DNA of 40,145 bases. It comes from Phoronis australis. Taxonomy: Eukaryota > Animalia > Phoronida. Shown piece after piece: positions 12,566-24,414 of the stretch; the first letter of the stretch is position 1, and the number at the start of each line of letters is the position of its first letter. Position numbers and translations under genes: made by a program. The notes under the pieces were generated by a model. That model was not told where the DNA came from. It searched no databases and saw nothing but the letters and a program-made list of their open reading frames with translations. The DNA is taken from NCBI GenBank assembly GCA_002633005.1, contig NMRA01000092.1, positions 325,903 to 366,047 on the forward strand, given 5' to 3'.

Positions 12566-13951
12566 CTTGTTGTTAGATTTGAATATCTTCACAGCAACAG
12601 GTATCAGTTCTAAACCATTGACAATTGTGGCTGAATAGACTCTACCGTACACCCCTTCTCCAAGAACATGTCCATACATAATAAAACCAGATGTTGCCAC
12701 ACATCCCGGTATTTCTAGGAGTTCCTCCCAAGTGAACTGCAATTTGGACTCATCCGAACTACAAGTCCCGGACAAGTCAGATGTTTCCGTGCTTGAGGTG
12801 TCGGAACTTTCCGTTGTAGTAGACGAGTCTTTCTCTTCATCAAAGTTATCAGAACAGCTGCCTTTGGAAGGAACATCATATGAGCTATTAGAAGATTGTT
12901 CTAGAAAAGAAGAAGAAGAAGACGACGACGAATCTTCTGTTTCACTTTTTCCCCTACCAAATGACTTCATCTTTTCACTTGTTCTACGAAGGTGTCTCTC
13001 AAAAGTTCTGGAGATTCTAGCATTTGCAGCTGCTGAACTAGGAAACGTGGTCGATTTGGTAGTGTACCGCAAAGTATAATTAGTTCGAAAATTTTCTTTG
13101 TGTTGTAGTGACGGCACGTTAAGGTGTGCATGTGCCGACGTTACGGCTGGTCCACACGACAAGCTCCTGAGACAACTACCACGGACATTCCTTTTCTGCC
13201 GAACATGAATGCACTTGTCACACCAATCGTAATGGATGCCCGTAAAAACAGGTTGCAACCATAACGGACATTGATTGCAGCGGTTAAAACTCTGTGGAAA
13301 CACACGTTGAATCCTAGGAAGGGACAAAGTTGTTTGTTCTTGCGTCGGTCTTCTGTAATGCACGCATATTTTGTCGTTTACGAGTTGTTTGATGCACCTA
13401 GCGAGTCTACCATAGTGTCTCGTGTTCCGACAGGAGACCGTTGCTGTCTGAACACCAACAGATTTTGTACGCACATAAATGCTCGGGCAAGAGGAGGTAA
13501 TGTCTAGCTTAAGCTTTTCTCTCCTTGCTAACTCTATGGAATGTAGAATCTGCAAGAACTGTTTGTGAAGAAACGCATGCGCAACTAAATCTGTTGTAGC
13601 ATCAATGTAAGTTTTGATGGATGTTTGTTTTAATTCACTGTCTTTTAATTTTACCATGTTCTTCAATGTCGACCTATCAAAATGTATTCCAGCGCCACTA
13701 TCGGCAGTGTCCGCTGAACCAGCAACAGAAGAAACACCAGCGTCAGCACTAGCAATCTCACATTCTTGTGATAAAACTTCATTGTTGACTTCCTGCTCAC
13801 AAAAACCATTCTCCGGCGTGTGAATTGGATCAATATCAGCAACTATTTCACTCTTTGCCTTCGATATTGGACTTGGGCTTCCTTCGGTCGCAGTCTTTCT
13901 GATTTCTTTATCAGGCGAATGAAGATCGCCGCGGCTACAGACACTTTCCAT
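12566..13951 (-). CDS. Divergent protein kinase, exon 1 (long low-complexity N-terminus; kinase subdomains I-II)
   Basis: 462 open codons ending in VLGEGVYGRVY...VAVKIFKSNNK|gtaatt, with a Ser/Asp/Glu-rich tract just before the kinase domain. Confidence 0.88.
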
Positions 13952-15106
13952 TTTGGTTTAGTGAGTCACGTGCATCTTAGGCGAGATGAAGTTTTGCTAG
14001 CGTGCGTCATGTATAAGCAAGTAACGTCATACGTGGAATACTTCTTCAGGCTTGAGGAACAAATACAGTACGAAATGCTTGGTAGCGTTCCATCGACCAA
14101 GTTTCTTGCGAGTCTGAAAAGCAAGATTACGCAAGACCACGCAAAATCGCGCTAGTGAAGGGCGAGTATTTTGCGAGTACGCTCGAGACCATACTAGCAT
14201 GACCTAGCAAATTGGTTGGCACTGAAACCATTCGGTCGGTGAGGCTAGAATACTGACTTACAGTTCATAAGTTATAGAATTCAGTGTTTCCCTTCCACCC
14301 TAGGTAGAGAGACTGATCTCGTCCGCGGAAATCACAAACTGGTTCAACAAAAGCCTTGCTATTGCAACGAATCACTTGAAGAAAGTACACTCGATGGTGC
14401 TTCGCGTCGGTGTTTACACACGAAAAATATTCGAGATGCCAAAAAATATCCCAAAAATTGAAAATTTGGCATTTTTCAACCCAAAATCACAAATTGAAAA
14501 GCGCCTGATCTTAGAGTGGAGACAACATGCCGAATGCTCCTGACCTCTACCTTTCAGAAATTAAGTTTAAACAGTCTTAGCTACAACTAGATTTTTCTAG
14601 TTTCCATTTACCGGTACGTGATGTATACCTGCTCTTGCAGTAACGATTTCGGCCAGAACAAGGAATGCTGTATATCAAGCGAAGATTTCTCTCTGTAACT
14701 AAAGCTATCTGCTATAAAATGGTAGAGGATCAAGTGGAGATTGAACATCATGAAAAGTAAGATACAGCCGATGACATTTCCATGCTATCCACACCAGGAA
14801 TTCTTTCCCCAAACATACACAGCAAGACCTCTTCAATCAATGCCAAGTGACCCTCCAGGGGTCAGTTTCATGAAAAGTGACTTAAGACTGAGGACACAAA
14901 TTTGAGCTTACACCCCACATAACTATTTCTGAAAAATGTTTAAGTCTAACTTGAGCAATATTGTAGTCTAAGAGAACATACACACAGCCCTTAGGTACTG
15001 AATTCTATAAATTATTTCTAGACTGTGATGTCTTCATAATTACTTGGCTAAACCTTCAGTCAGCAATAACTGGTTACACCCAATGAGCTATGCATAACAA
15101 TTTATG

Positions 15107-15751
15107 GTGGCACTCAATAGTTTTTTAGTCACGGTTCAGTTTGCCTCCCCAGTTTCATTACAAATTCGCGCTTGCTGGGTTGGCTGGGTATTTTAAGTTC
15201 TGTGCTGCATGTGAAGGTTACGAATGACATTTGCTTGATTTTTAATCTGTTCTGAGTGAAAATTGTTGCGACGCCCATGCTTGATCCACTTTTTGCTCAG
15301 CCGTGGCTTTTCTTTAACCTTTATTGCTTATAAGCTGGAAGTTGAAATTTAGCGGGAAATTCGGGTACCATTCAGACTCTTTGGATTTGTGAGAAATCAG
15401 GCTGGTCAACATTCAATTTCCACATAAGTTCTGGTGTCTGGAGAGTTTTGGCAGTGTGAACGAACTGTCTCTCAGTTTTTAATATAATCGCAAACAAATG
15501 GTGGCTTGGGGTGAAAACTGATGATTTGGCGTATTTTTACTCGTTTTTTTCAAGTATCCGGCTGCACATCCGGTAGTCGTAAGTAAAAGGTGGAAAATTG
15601 ACTTTGGAATCCTTTTCAATAGATTTGTGCAAGGTTTTTGAAGTCTTTGACCCGTTATACTCAGGTTTTGTACATCCTGTGAAACAGACTACTGGAGCTT
15701 ACTCAACCTTGTTTTTCGAGTCCTAAATCAGCAATAACTGTTGAGTGCCAC
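15107..15751. mobile_element. MITE of about 645 bp defined by terminal inverted repeats
   Basis: gtggcactcaatagtt at 15107 and aactgttgagtgccac ending at 15751 are complementary at 15 of 16 positions. Confidence 0.6.
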
Positions 15752-17607
15752 ATGTCTCATTGGTCGGCAGCACAATCGGTTTAACGGTTGCATATCCGGA
15801 TGTTAGTCTGCGCAAAGCCTATTATAGATAGAGCCGCCTCCAGTTCAGTAACGCTAGGACCTCGCTAAAGAGCAAGACTTCGTACAGTGACGCCAAACGT
15901 ACACAACCTACATCGACCAGCCTTCTGTCGCAACGATGCACAAGGCCAGAGGACTGTGACGCCTGTTCAAGTAGTTTACAGGCTCAAATAGCCGCCAGTT
16001 AAGAAGCTCATCTATTATAGACAACGACGTCATTGCGATAGGTGCATGTAATACCTAGCCGTCGTGCAGTTGGGCCAGATGTGCGTCCATATACATAGGC
16101 CTATTATCAGTGTGTGATGCGAACTCGTCGTGGCTAACCCTTTAAAGGCATGCTATCGTTTTTGCAGCCGTAAGACGCAAATTGGAAGTGAAAGACTTTT
16201 TGAAGGAAACAAAAGACAAGCGCTTTAGCGAACGATGCCATTTGTATCACGATTCTTTATGCCTGGGAGGAATTTGATGTTTTTCGATTCGATTCTTGTT
16301 TGTCAAATTAATTCATTGGTTCATAACGAAAGTTGTTAACTTGCCACTTGTGCCAATTTTAGCGCAATGCAATTGTTTAAAAATGATAAGATTAAAACTA
16401 ATGAACGATCCTGAGCTGTTTATTGGTTCAATTTCCCAATTTCTGTGGTTGTAAGACACCCATACCAACGGCGAAATTGGAACTACATATTAAATCGAAA
16501 CGTGGTTAGGCGTGTCGGTATTGAAATCGTTTGCTCCTACATCGAGTTCGATTATAATTTGATTAATCGTCGCACCCTTATCAAAAGGCAATGTCAACAT
16601 TAGTTTGAACAAGTCGATCGTTGCATGAGCCCCAGAATAGGTTTAGCTAAAAATCGTTGAAAGCAAAGTTCCATGGCCTTTACAAATTGAAATTAACTTG
16701 GGATCTACCGACTGGAGTATGAATTGAGTCAATTGCAAACCAAACAAGCAATATTCAGGTTCTAATGTCATAAATTCATGACCCACCACCAGTTTCCGAA
16801 CACTTTCCTGCTATTGTCAGAAATTCTCTTATTGTCAAATGCCCGTCTTTGACTAGAGCGCAATGCAAAGCGTGTGGTATTTGTACATTTGACTCTGACT
16901 GCACTTGGTGAAATAGTTATGGTGAAAAAGTGACGTCTTGACAAGTAATCCATAACGAGTTAGTTGATGAATATCAAATTCTGGTGCCGATTTCACACGG
17001 CATCAGATAGGTTTGGTGCCGTTTTTAACTCTATATTCTGAAGATTTGGCGGAAATCAGTGACTTATATTTCCAATTGTTCATTGAAAACTTCTTTACCT
17101 GTCGAGGAATTCAAACATTTATTGAATGATTACAGAATCACGATGGTGAATCCTTGTACGCATCGGAGCCGGAGGCTAGCCCGAGGCAATACAACAAAGG
17201 GCAAATAATTCTCTGGAGACGGTGTGAGAGAGCGGCGAAATATCTGGCTGAATTGACGGCACTTTTTTAGGAACCCCCTACTGAGTTTGACCGTTCTACT
17301 GTTTCAATTTGGGTCAACGTTAATGGCTATGACGCACAAAATTTGGTTGAGAGTACCAGTCATGCCGCAAACTACAGTGTATGCGACCTCCACACAAAGT
17401 ATTCTTTGACGAACACTGAGAAGTCAAAACCAGGCGAAACATGACTTCAAACAACGTAAAACCAAATGGCCGCAAAATACTTGTATTGAAGCTCAAAATA
17501 CACAGAAATACACTTCAAAATGTAAAAATTCTGCAAATGCTCCACGGCACATAAATTAGAATAATGATTCATAAACCGGTGCTTGTAGTACAGTCCCAAG
17601 TGAACTC

Positions 17608-20550
17608 TCAGTCTTCTGGTGAGGGGGCGCAACACAAAAGGCGTCGCCACCAGGATAGTCTCTTCTCGTCATTTGTTCGTGACGGAGACTTATTCCTACG
17701 ACTTTTCTTTTGTTTCAGATACCCGTGATCGTCATCAGTATATTCTTTTCTCACGCTAGCGCTTTCATTATTGACAGAAGTGCGGTTGCCCACGCGGTAA
17801 CCTGTGTCACCAGTAAGGTCATCGACAAGTCCCTTGTTGCCACAAGAAACATCGACAATGTCTCCGAGGATTCCATTGATAACGTCAGTTACGATTCCGT
17901 TGTTGTCGTCTGTGCCACGATATTCCCACACTCTGTTTGTAAAAGAACTTTCAGGTTCAGCTTCAACACTTGTATCGTGCCCTGTGTCACCATTTCCAAA
18001 CAGAGGATCATGTCCCGGATCAGCATTTCCATGATAAGGAGCATACCGAGTATCATGGTCAGGGTCACCATTTCCATGCAGAGTATCATATCTTGGATCA
18101 CCTTTTCCACACAGAATATCATGCCCTGCATCACCATTGTCATACGCAGTATCATGCTCTGGATCACCATTTTCATACGCAGAATGGTGCTCAGGATCAC
18201 CGTGTTCATATGACATATCGTTGTTAGGATTACCATTTCCATCATCATGCTCAGGGACACAATTTCCATATGAAGTATAATATCCAGGATCACAGCTTTC
18301 ACCTGAGATATAATGATTAGAATCACCTCTTCCATAAGGAGTATAATGGTAAGGATAACCATTTTCATACGGGACATCATGCCCTGGATCACGATTTCCA
18401 TACTGAGCATGATGCCCTGCATAAACATTTCCATTTGAAGTATCACGTCCTGGATCACCATCTCCATACAGATTATCATTTCCTGGATCGCCATTTCCAT
18501 GTGGAGTAACAGTCACTGGATCACCATTTGCACATGAAGTATCACGTCCTGGATCACCATCTCCATACAGAGTATCATGTCCTGGATAACCATTTCCACA
18601 CGAAGTATCATGCTCTGGATCACCGTCTTCATATGGAGTATCATTTTCTGGATTACAATTTCCATGTGGAGTATCATTCACTGGATCACCATTTCCACAT
18701 GAAAAATCATGCCCTGGATTACCATCTCCATACAGAGTATCATTTCCTTGATCGTCATTTCCACTAGAAGTATCATGCCCTGGATAACCATCTCGATACG
18801 AAGTATCATTTGGATAACCATTTCCACACGAAACATCGTGCCCTGGATCACCAGTCGCGTCAGCAATGTGCTTCAGTCCTTGAACTGCGAGTACACCGTC
18901 TGTTTTCTCTTTATATTTACCCTGCAGTTGCTTCGCGCCAACTTTATTGGCAATTTCAATGTTTTCATTGAAGTAGTTCTTCCGATTCAGTGTGCTTTTG
19001 CTATCTACAGTAGTAGTAGAAAGAAGACAGGGTTTGAGCTTTGATTCTGAATTGATGCTTGTGTTTGCCGCTGTTGTAGTTTCCTGATGCCCGTGTGGTG
19101 TTTCTGGGATGTCGTCGAGAATGTCTTCAATATATTCATAGCGAACAGTTTTGGTCTGGCCGTTTTCATCTACTTTAGTCAAAGTGATACTTGAATCTTC
19201 GTATTCCTCACTTAAGTCATCATCTTCAAAACCTCCTAGCATGACAGAGATTATTGCTGTTGTAATGTCCAAGAGGTTCTCTGTGATTGGTACTGTATGT
19301 CGCTTGATAAGATTCACGAACGCTGATACATACGCCATTAGAAAAATCATCAAGTCTACTAATACCCTAATGGGTACTTCCAGTGTCATATTAAAATTTG
19401 AATTCTGACAGCCTGGATCACCATCTCCATACAGGGTATCATGTCCTGGATCACCATTTCCGCATGAAGTATCATATCTTGGATCACATCTTTCACGCAC
19501 AGTATTCTTCATTGGATCACCCTTTCCATACGGGGTATCTTGCCGGGGATCACCCTTTTTATGTAAAATATCGTTGTCAGTATCACCCTTTCTAGACTGA
19601 GTATCATTGTGAGGATCGCCCTTTCGATACGGAGTATCATGCCAAGTATCACCATTTCCTTTCCAAGTATTATGGTCAGGGTCACCATTATCGCATGGTG
19701 CCTCAAGTGTAGAATCACGCTTGCCATGTGAAGCGTCGGACCCATGATCTCTTTTTTCATATATAATGCCAGGTCTGGGATCACCCTCATTACATGGATC
19801 GTCACGCTTGTCTTCATCATTATCATCATGAGCATTGTTTCTGTCATTTACGGTAAGAATAGCTTGTTCGTTTCCTTTTTCGCCACCTGCGCTATTCATA
19901 AGCCGTCCAACATTGCCATTTTTAATGTCACGTACGTACTTGTCCATTCCATCTGTAACATCAGCAAGGCGCCCGTTCTTGACCTCGATGGCATCAAGTA
20001 TGCATCTTTCTCCGTTAGCGGTAGCGTCAGGAGTGTGCTCCAGTCCATGGACTGCAAGTATACAGTCTGTTTTCTCTTTACATTTTGCCTGCAGTTGCAT
20101 GGCGTCAACCTTGTTGGCAATTTCACTGTTTTCATTGAAGTTGTTCTTCTGATTCAGTGCGCTTTTGCTATCTACTGTAGCAGTAGGAAGAAGACATAGT
20201 TTGAGTTTTGTTTCTGAATTGATGGTTGCAGCTGCTCTAGTTTCTTGGTGTTCCTGTGGTATTTCTGGGATGTCGTTGAGAATGTCTTCAATATATTCAT
20301 AGCAAACAGTTTTGGTCCGTCCGTTTTCATCTACTTTAGTCAAAGTGATAGTTGAATCTTCGTATTCCTCGCTCAAGTCATCATCTTCAAAATCTCCTAG
20401 CATGAAGGAAATTATTTCTATTTTGATGTCCAAGAGCTTCTCTGTGAGTGGTACTATATGCAGCTTAATAATATTCACAAACGCTGATATATATGCCATT
20501 AGAAAGACCATCAAGTCTGCTAATACCCTGATGGGTACTTTCATTGCCAT
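17608..20550 (-). CDS. Intronless 980-aa orphan protein: duplicated hydrophobic/acidic module plus 13-aa Gly-Asp-Pro-His repeats
   Basis: Uninterrupted 2943-nt ORF with ATG in good context (aatATGG) and a TATAAAA about 105 bp upstream. The frame is preserved across both duplicated modules and all repeat indels. Confidence 0.85.
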   Translation of the reverse strand: MAMKVPIRVLADLMVFLMAYISAFVNIIKLHIVPLTEKLLDIKIEIISFMLGDFEDDDLSEEYEDSTITLTKVDENGRTKTVCYEYIEDILNDIPEIPQEHQETRAAATINSETKLKLCLLPTATVDSKSALNQKNNFNENSEIANKVDAMQLQAKCKEKTDCILAVHGLEHTPDATANGERCILDAIEVKNGRLADVTDGMDKYVRDIKNGNVGRLMNSAGGEKGNEQAILTVNDRNNAHDDNDEDKRDDPCNEGDPRPGIIYEKRDHGSDASHGKRDSTLEAPCDNGDPDHNTWKGNGDTWHDTPYRKGDPHNDTQSRKGDTDNDILHKKGDPRQDTPYGKGDPMKNTVRERCDPRYDTSCGNGDPGHDTLYGDGDPGCQNSNFNMTLEVPIRVLVDLMIFLMAYVSAFVNLIKRHTVPITENLLDITTAIISVMLGGFEDDDLSEEYEDSSITLTKVDENGQTKTVRYEYIEDILDDIPETPHGHQETTTAANTSINSESKLKPCLLSTTTVDSKSTLNRKNYFNENIEIANKVGAKQLQGKYKEKTDGVLAVQGLKHIADATGDPGHDVSCGNGYPNDTSYRDGYPGHDTSSGNDDQGNDTLYGDGNPGHDFSCGNGDPVNDTPHGNCNPENDTPYEDGDPEHDTSCGNGYPGHDTLYGDGDPGRDTSCANGDPVTVTPHGNGDPGNDNLYGDGDPGRDTSNGNVYAGHHAQYGNRDPGHDVPYENGYPYHYTPYGRGDSNHYISGESCDPGYYTSYGNCVPEHDDGNGNPNNDMSYEHGDPEHHSAYENGDPEHDTAYDNGDAGHDILCGKGDPRYDTLHGNGDPDHDTRYAPYHGNADPGHDPLFGNGDTGHDTSVEAEPESSFTNRVWEYRGTDDNNGIVTDVINGILGDIVDVSCGNKGLVDDLTGDTGYRVGNRTSVNNESASVRKEYTDDDHGYLKQKKSRRNKSPSRTNDEKRLSWWRRLLCCAPSPED
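17970..18852 (-). repeat. Coding minisatellite, 39-bp unit, roughly 22 copies
   Basis: Recurrent tggatcaccatttcca...agtatcatg every 39 bp, encoding G(D/N)GDPG(H/N/R)DT(L/S/P)(Y/C/H). Confidence 0.92.
19411..19810 (-). repeat. Second, more diverged array of the same 39-bp coding repeat, about 10 copies
   Basis: Units such as KGDPHNDTQSR / KGDPRQDTPYG / NGDPGHDTLYG. Confidence 0.85.
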
Positions 20551-20566
20551 ATTAAAATATGAATTC

Positions 20567-20660
20567 TGACGTCATCAATACGTTGACGTCACACACGCAA
20601 TACGCATTAAATGAACTCGAGAGTGTAAAGTCATTTTTGCGACAATGGCGATATTTTATA
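20567..20660 (-). promoter_or_regulatory. Two palindromic CRE sites and a TATA-like box upstream of the 980-aa ORF
   Basis: TGACGTCA at 20567-20574 and 20584-20591; minus-strand TATAAAA at about 20654-20660. Confidence 0.5.
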
Positions 20661-21322
20661 CTAATAGACGTAATGTTCAAAGAATCCACACTTTTCGTTT
20701 GAGACTCAGTGTTTGGAAAATAAGTGAATGCGCTTTTGACTGCATGCAAACACCAACATATAAAAAATAATGTTAAATGATGCATTCCGTTTCATGGCGA
20801 TACAGAAGCCATTCTCAGGAAATCCACTCGTTTTGCTGTCATTTGCATACCCTTAGGCAATGATTGTGCCAACCTAAGTTCAATTCTGTTCTATACCGTT
20901 GTCCCTCGCATGCGCACACCCAGCCTAAAGAATATGGGCTAGAATCACTAAGATTCGCGGGTTACGTTCAGAGGTATGAATTGTGCGTTCTCCGAATTTT
21001 GGTAGTTCCTTTTGTCTCGTAATCTACTTTTTTCGGATTGTTTTTTTGTTTCTCTGAGGCGGACCGTTTTGCCCACTTCGCCAAATGGGTGCTCGTTCGA
21101 ACCCCCTCCGCCTAAACTTTTTAAAAAACAAGAGGGAATGAATGCTTTTATTCTGGAAGTACAATAAAAATGACTTCCCATATTTAAAAATAACCTGCAC
21201 AAAGATATGACATAAATTTTCTAATAACCAACAATATTATTATGACCTTAATCAGTTGAAACCGGTATAAAATGTAATGCTTCAGGTTTTTTTTTATTCC
21301 GTCCAAGCCATGCAATTGCGAT

Positions 21323-21975
21323 TTATTTTCGTTCAATGTCTAACTCAAATTTAAGCAGATGATAATTTCTTTGCCACTTCCTCATTTCTTGGCCAAATTT
21401 TCTACTTTTGTGATATAGCTGTTGCTTACATGCAAAATAGTCATTCTTCACCTTCGAGAACTCCTCATCTAGTTCACTTGACCTCATGCTGTCAATAATT
21501 TCGTTTCTTTTCTTAACAATGTCCGTTGTACTACAGGTTGCAATCATTTCACTGCCATCTAGTAAACAGTAGCTGACTCCATGGCCACGACTGCATCAGC
21601 TTTGCTATCCAGTTTCACTTTCCTGGCGCAGAACAAACGTGGAGAATGCTCAGGTCGGTTGATTTTGGTCAAGCGAAAACATCTTTTTTTTTCACCAAGG
21701 GTAATCCTGAGTCGATCTTGAAGCGCATTTTTTCATTTCTTCCAAGGGAAATAGGTAAGACGTTTTCTTATCCGCGAGGTCGGTAGCGAATTCACTAAAC
21801 CGCCCTATGTTTTCATCTATACCAATGTTTTGGTCCTTTTTGATGAAGTTCTTGATCCCCGGGAAATAGTTATTATTAGTTAAATTCTTTTATTTCGCTT
21901 ACTGTTATTAATGGAGCCAGGCACACAACACGTATAACCTTCGGGATCGCTTCTCCCGTTCACTTGCTGACATTA
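21323..21975 (-). pseudogene. Decayed THAP-domain transposon gene (THAP plus coiled coil)
   Basis: The minus strand reads GYTCCVPGSINNSKRNK, then frameshifted YFP...DQELHQK, matching the THAP N-terminus (CCVPGC..N...FP). A coiled-coil-like ORF follows at 21323-21547. Several stops and frameshifts are present. Confidence 0.55.
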
Positions 21976-24414
21976 TTTCTTTACTGAACATATTAGCCAC
22001 AATGCAACATCCTAACCCATTTCCATTATGGCGGGGCTGCAACTCCAGTATTGTGAAGTGGTAGCGCAAGACAAAATATTTCTTTCATGAAGTGGACCTG
22101 TCGTTTATCGCGTGGGACTTAGCTTTGGCAGCACAGTATTGTAATAACTTCGACAGCGGGGGTTCCAGGTTCGCTTCCACGCTGAAGTCGTTCTCAGAAA
22201 ATTTCTCGCCAATAATTTCCCTTTAAGCAGCTTCATGTTGTTTCGTTCTGTGTGGTAGAGGTGGGCGCAAAAACAGCAATGCCGGTAAGGACAGGGGTGG
22301 GAGGAGGGGGGGGGTGATTTCTCGGCGTGTAATTCATTCGAATTTTTAGGGATTTTTCTAAAACCCCTCGACCCCCACACCCCTCGACCCACGATCTGTG
22401 GAAATAGAAGTGTTTTTGCACATTTTACAAATTTCATAATCTTATTACGTCTCTGAGTGACTTTCCTTGAAGACGTGGTGGAACAGAGAGGTCCATGATC
22501 ATTGGCCTAGCAGATTTTTGCGAAAATAAAAGCAAAAGAAAAGCACATTCATGTAAGAAAATCGAAGACTTTTATGAAAAAGCTCCGAACAACTGCCGAA
22601 GTGTTGTCTGAGATAAAATCAGTGTAATTCTCATTTCATCATGATTCATGCTTCATTGTCGCCCATTTTGTCTCTTTATTGTAATTATTCAGTGACAGGT
22701 GTGGGACTTTCGTTAAAGACATTTAATGTATTTTACCCCTTTTGAAAAATAATCTTGCATGGGCGGCGCACCATAGAAGGGTGGGGCTGTAGCCACCAGT
22801 TATTTAAGTGCTGCACAGCCCATGTCTTGATGTAATAATTCGAATTTTGAGTTGTTACAACGGACGACTCCGCACAGCAGTTGTCGTGTAGACAGAGCGC
22901 GCGGCAGCTCGCGTGCCAACTTTCCCGGCCAGCTGTCGTGGCGGTCTGATGCGCCAAACTGAAAAATGGTTCGTGATTCCTGTCCATCGTCGGCACTCCT
23001 GTGCTGCTATGGGACGAAAGGAGCATCGGTGCGTCGGAGGTCCGTCTGCCGTTTCTCTCAGAAACACGTTAATATTAAAATGGCCATGAGCCAAAAGAAT
23101 CACTTTATGTCTCTTTCAGCGAAGAGCAGGAGAGTATCATGGTAGCCAGGCCCAATACGTTGACGCAAACAAAGCTGAAGATCCATAACTTTTACGTACT
23201 TCTGAAGGTCTTGATTTCCGTAGTTATATTCGCCGTACCATTTATGCTAATGAATACACAAAACGTACCGAGATTGGTGTAGATGAAGTACTATCCCACG
23301 AGACATTATTCCGCGTATTGACCGAGATCGAATGTATTTATCCCATACTCTTCAAATTCCTAACTTAGTAAGTTTCTTTCATATTTTCTGCAGATTTTTG
23401 AAATACTTCACTCAGACTGTTCACCGTATCACATCCTATATGTATGTACTTGCGCGTTAGGTTGCAAGTTTTCTTGTAAAAGAAACACTTTTAAATGTAA
23501 CGATTTATTACTTGCAAAGAGACAACTAAGATGAAAACAACGGTAACTGTGCATGAACTTGCAACATCTCCTGAAAATAGTTTAATAACAACAAATTACA
23601 GAGGAATCAGCGTTTGAATTGCAGACGATATAATATTTAGCAATTGAAAACTGAAACAGAAGTGTCATATAACACATTAACAGTTTTGTGCCAGATGTTA
23701 TGTTTAGCGCCTGATTGCATGTGGAGTGTTATTTAAACTACTGCAACTGTGTTACTTTAAGCAATATTCGGAAAGTTTGATGATCGAACCGGCTAACGGG
23801 TCGACAATGACCAACCTTTTGAACTTTGGATGTCAGAAGTCACTGTTGAAGTTGTGGGGAGGTGAATGGAACTACGGAAAACAATATTACATGACCGTAT
23901 TGCACTCGACTGATTCAACACGTGTGAAATAAATTTTCCCGCTCGGACAAAGCTGACTTATGATAAGTCAAAGGTAAGAGAGTTGCACTTTTGTTTTGTG
24001 AGAGTTAAATCTCCTATGAGATGGTAAGCTGAGCAAGGGCGATCAAAAAGGTAAATTTAGAATCTTCAGGGTGGACATTAACCCAACACGGGTGTTACCG
24101 CAAACAACATTTTGATTGAATAAAATTAAATGTCCGCAGTTTCTGTTTAAAAACAGCAATTTTGATCATACATTTTACACCAGATTTAACAACGTACTGT
24201 TAACATTCAAGGAGTAACAACCTCCACGTTTCTTAAAAAACTCTCAACATGAAATGTCCGTAATCTAACAAATAGAATAATATAACAGTATTTCTTAAAT
24301 GTGGGCATGTGAAAATCGATAAATTTCAGTGTCCCTTGAATGAAATAATTGTTGGCAGCCGGAAGCGAGTTCAGGGCGGAACTCACGTTCCCTCAATTAA
24401 ATTCACCTGCTATG

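Noticed and set aside
12732-13079. Plus-strand acidic ORF
   Set aside because: It is the antisense shadow of the kinase Ser-rich region.
17970-18852. Regular 39-bp repeats as a CRISPR array
   Set aside because: The units are contiguous in-frame coding repeats without unique spacers, in a eukaryotic context with no cas genes.
17710-20569. Many overlapping antisense and alternate-frame ORFs (e.g. the Met/Ile-rich 17889-18500)
   Set aside because: These are shadows of the repetitive 980-aa ORF.
22850-23160. GC-rich patch with short ORFs
   Set aside because: No recognisable domain, splice pattern or structure, and it does not look like lipoxygenase exons.
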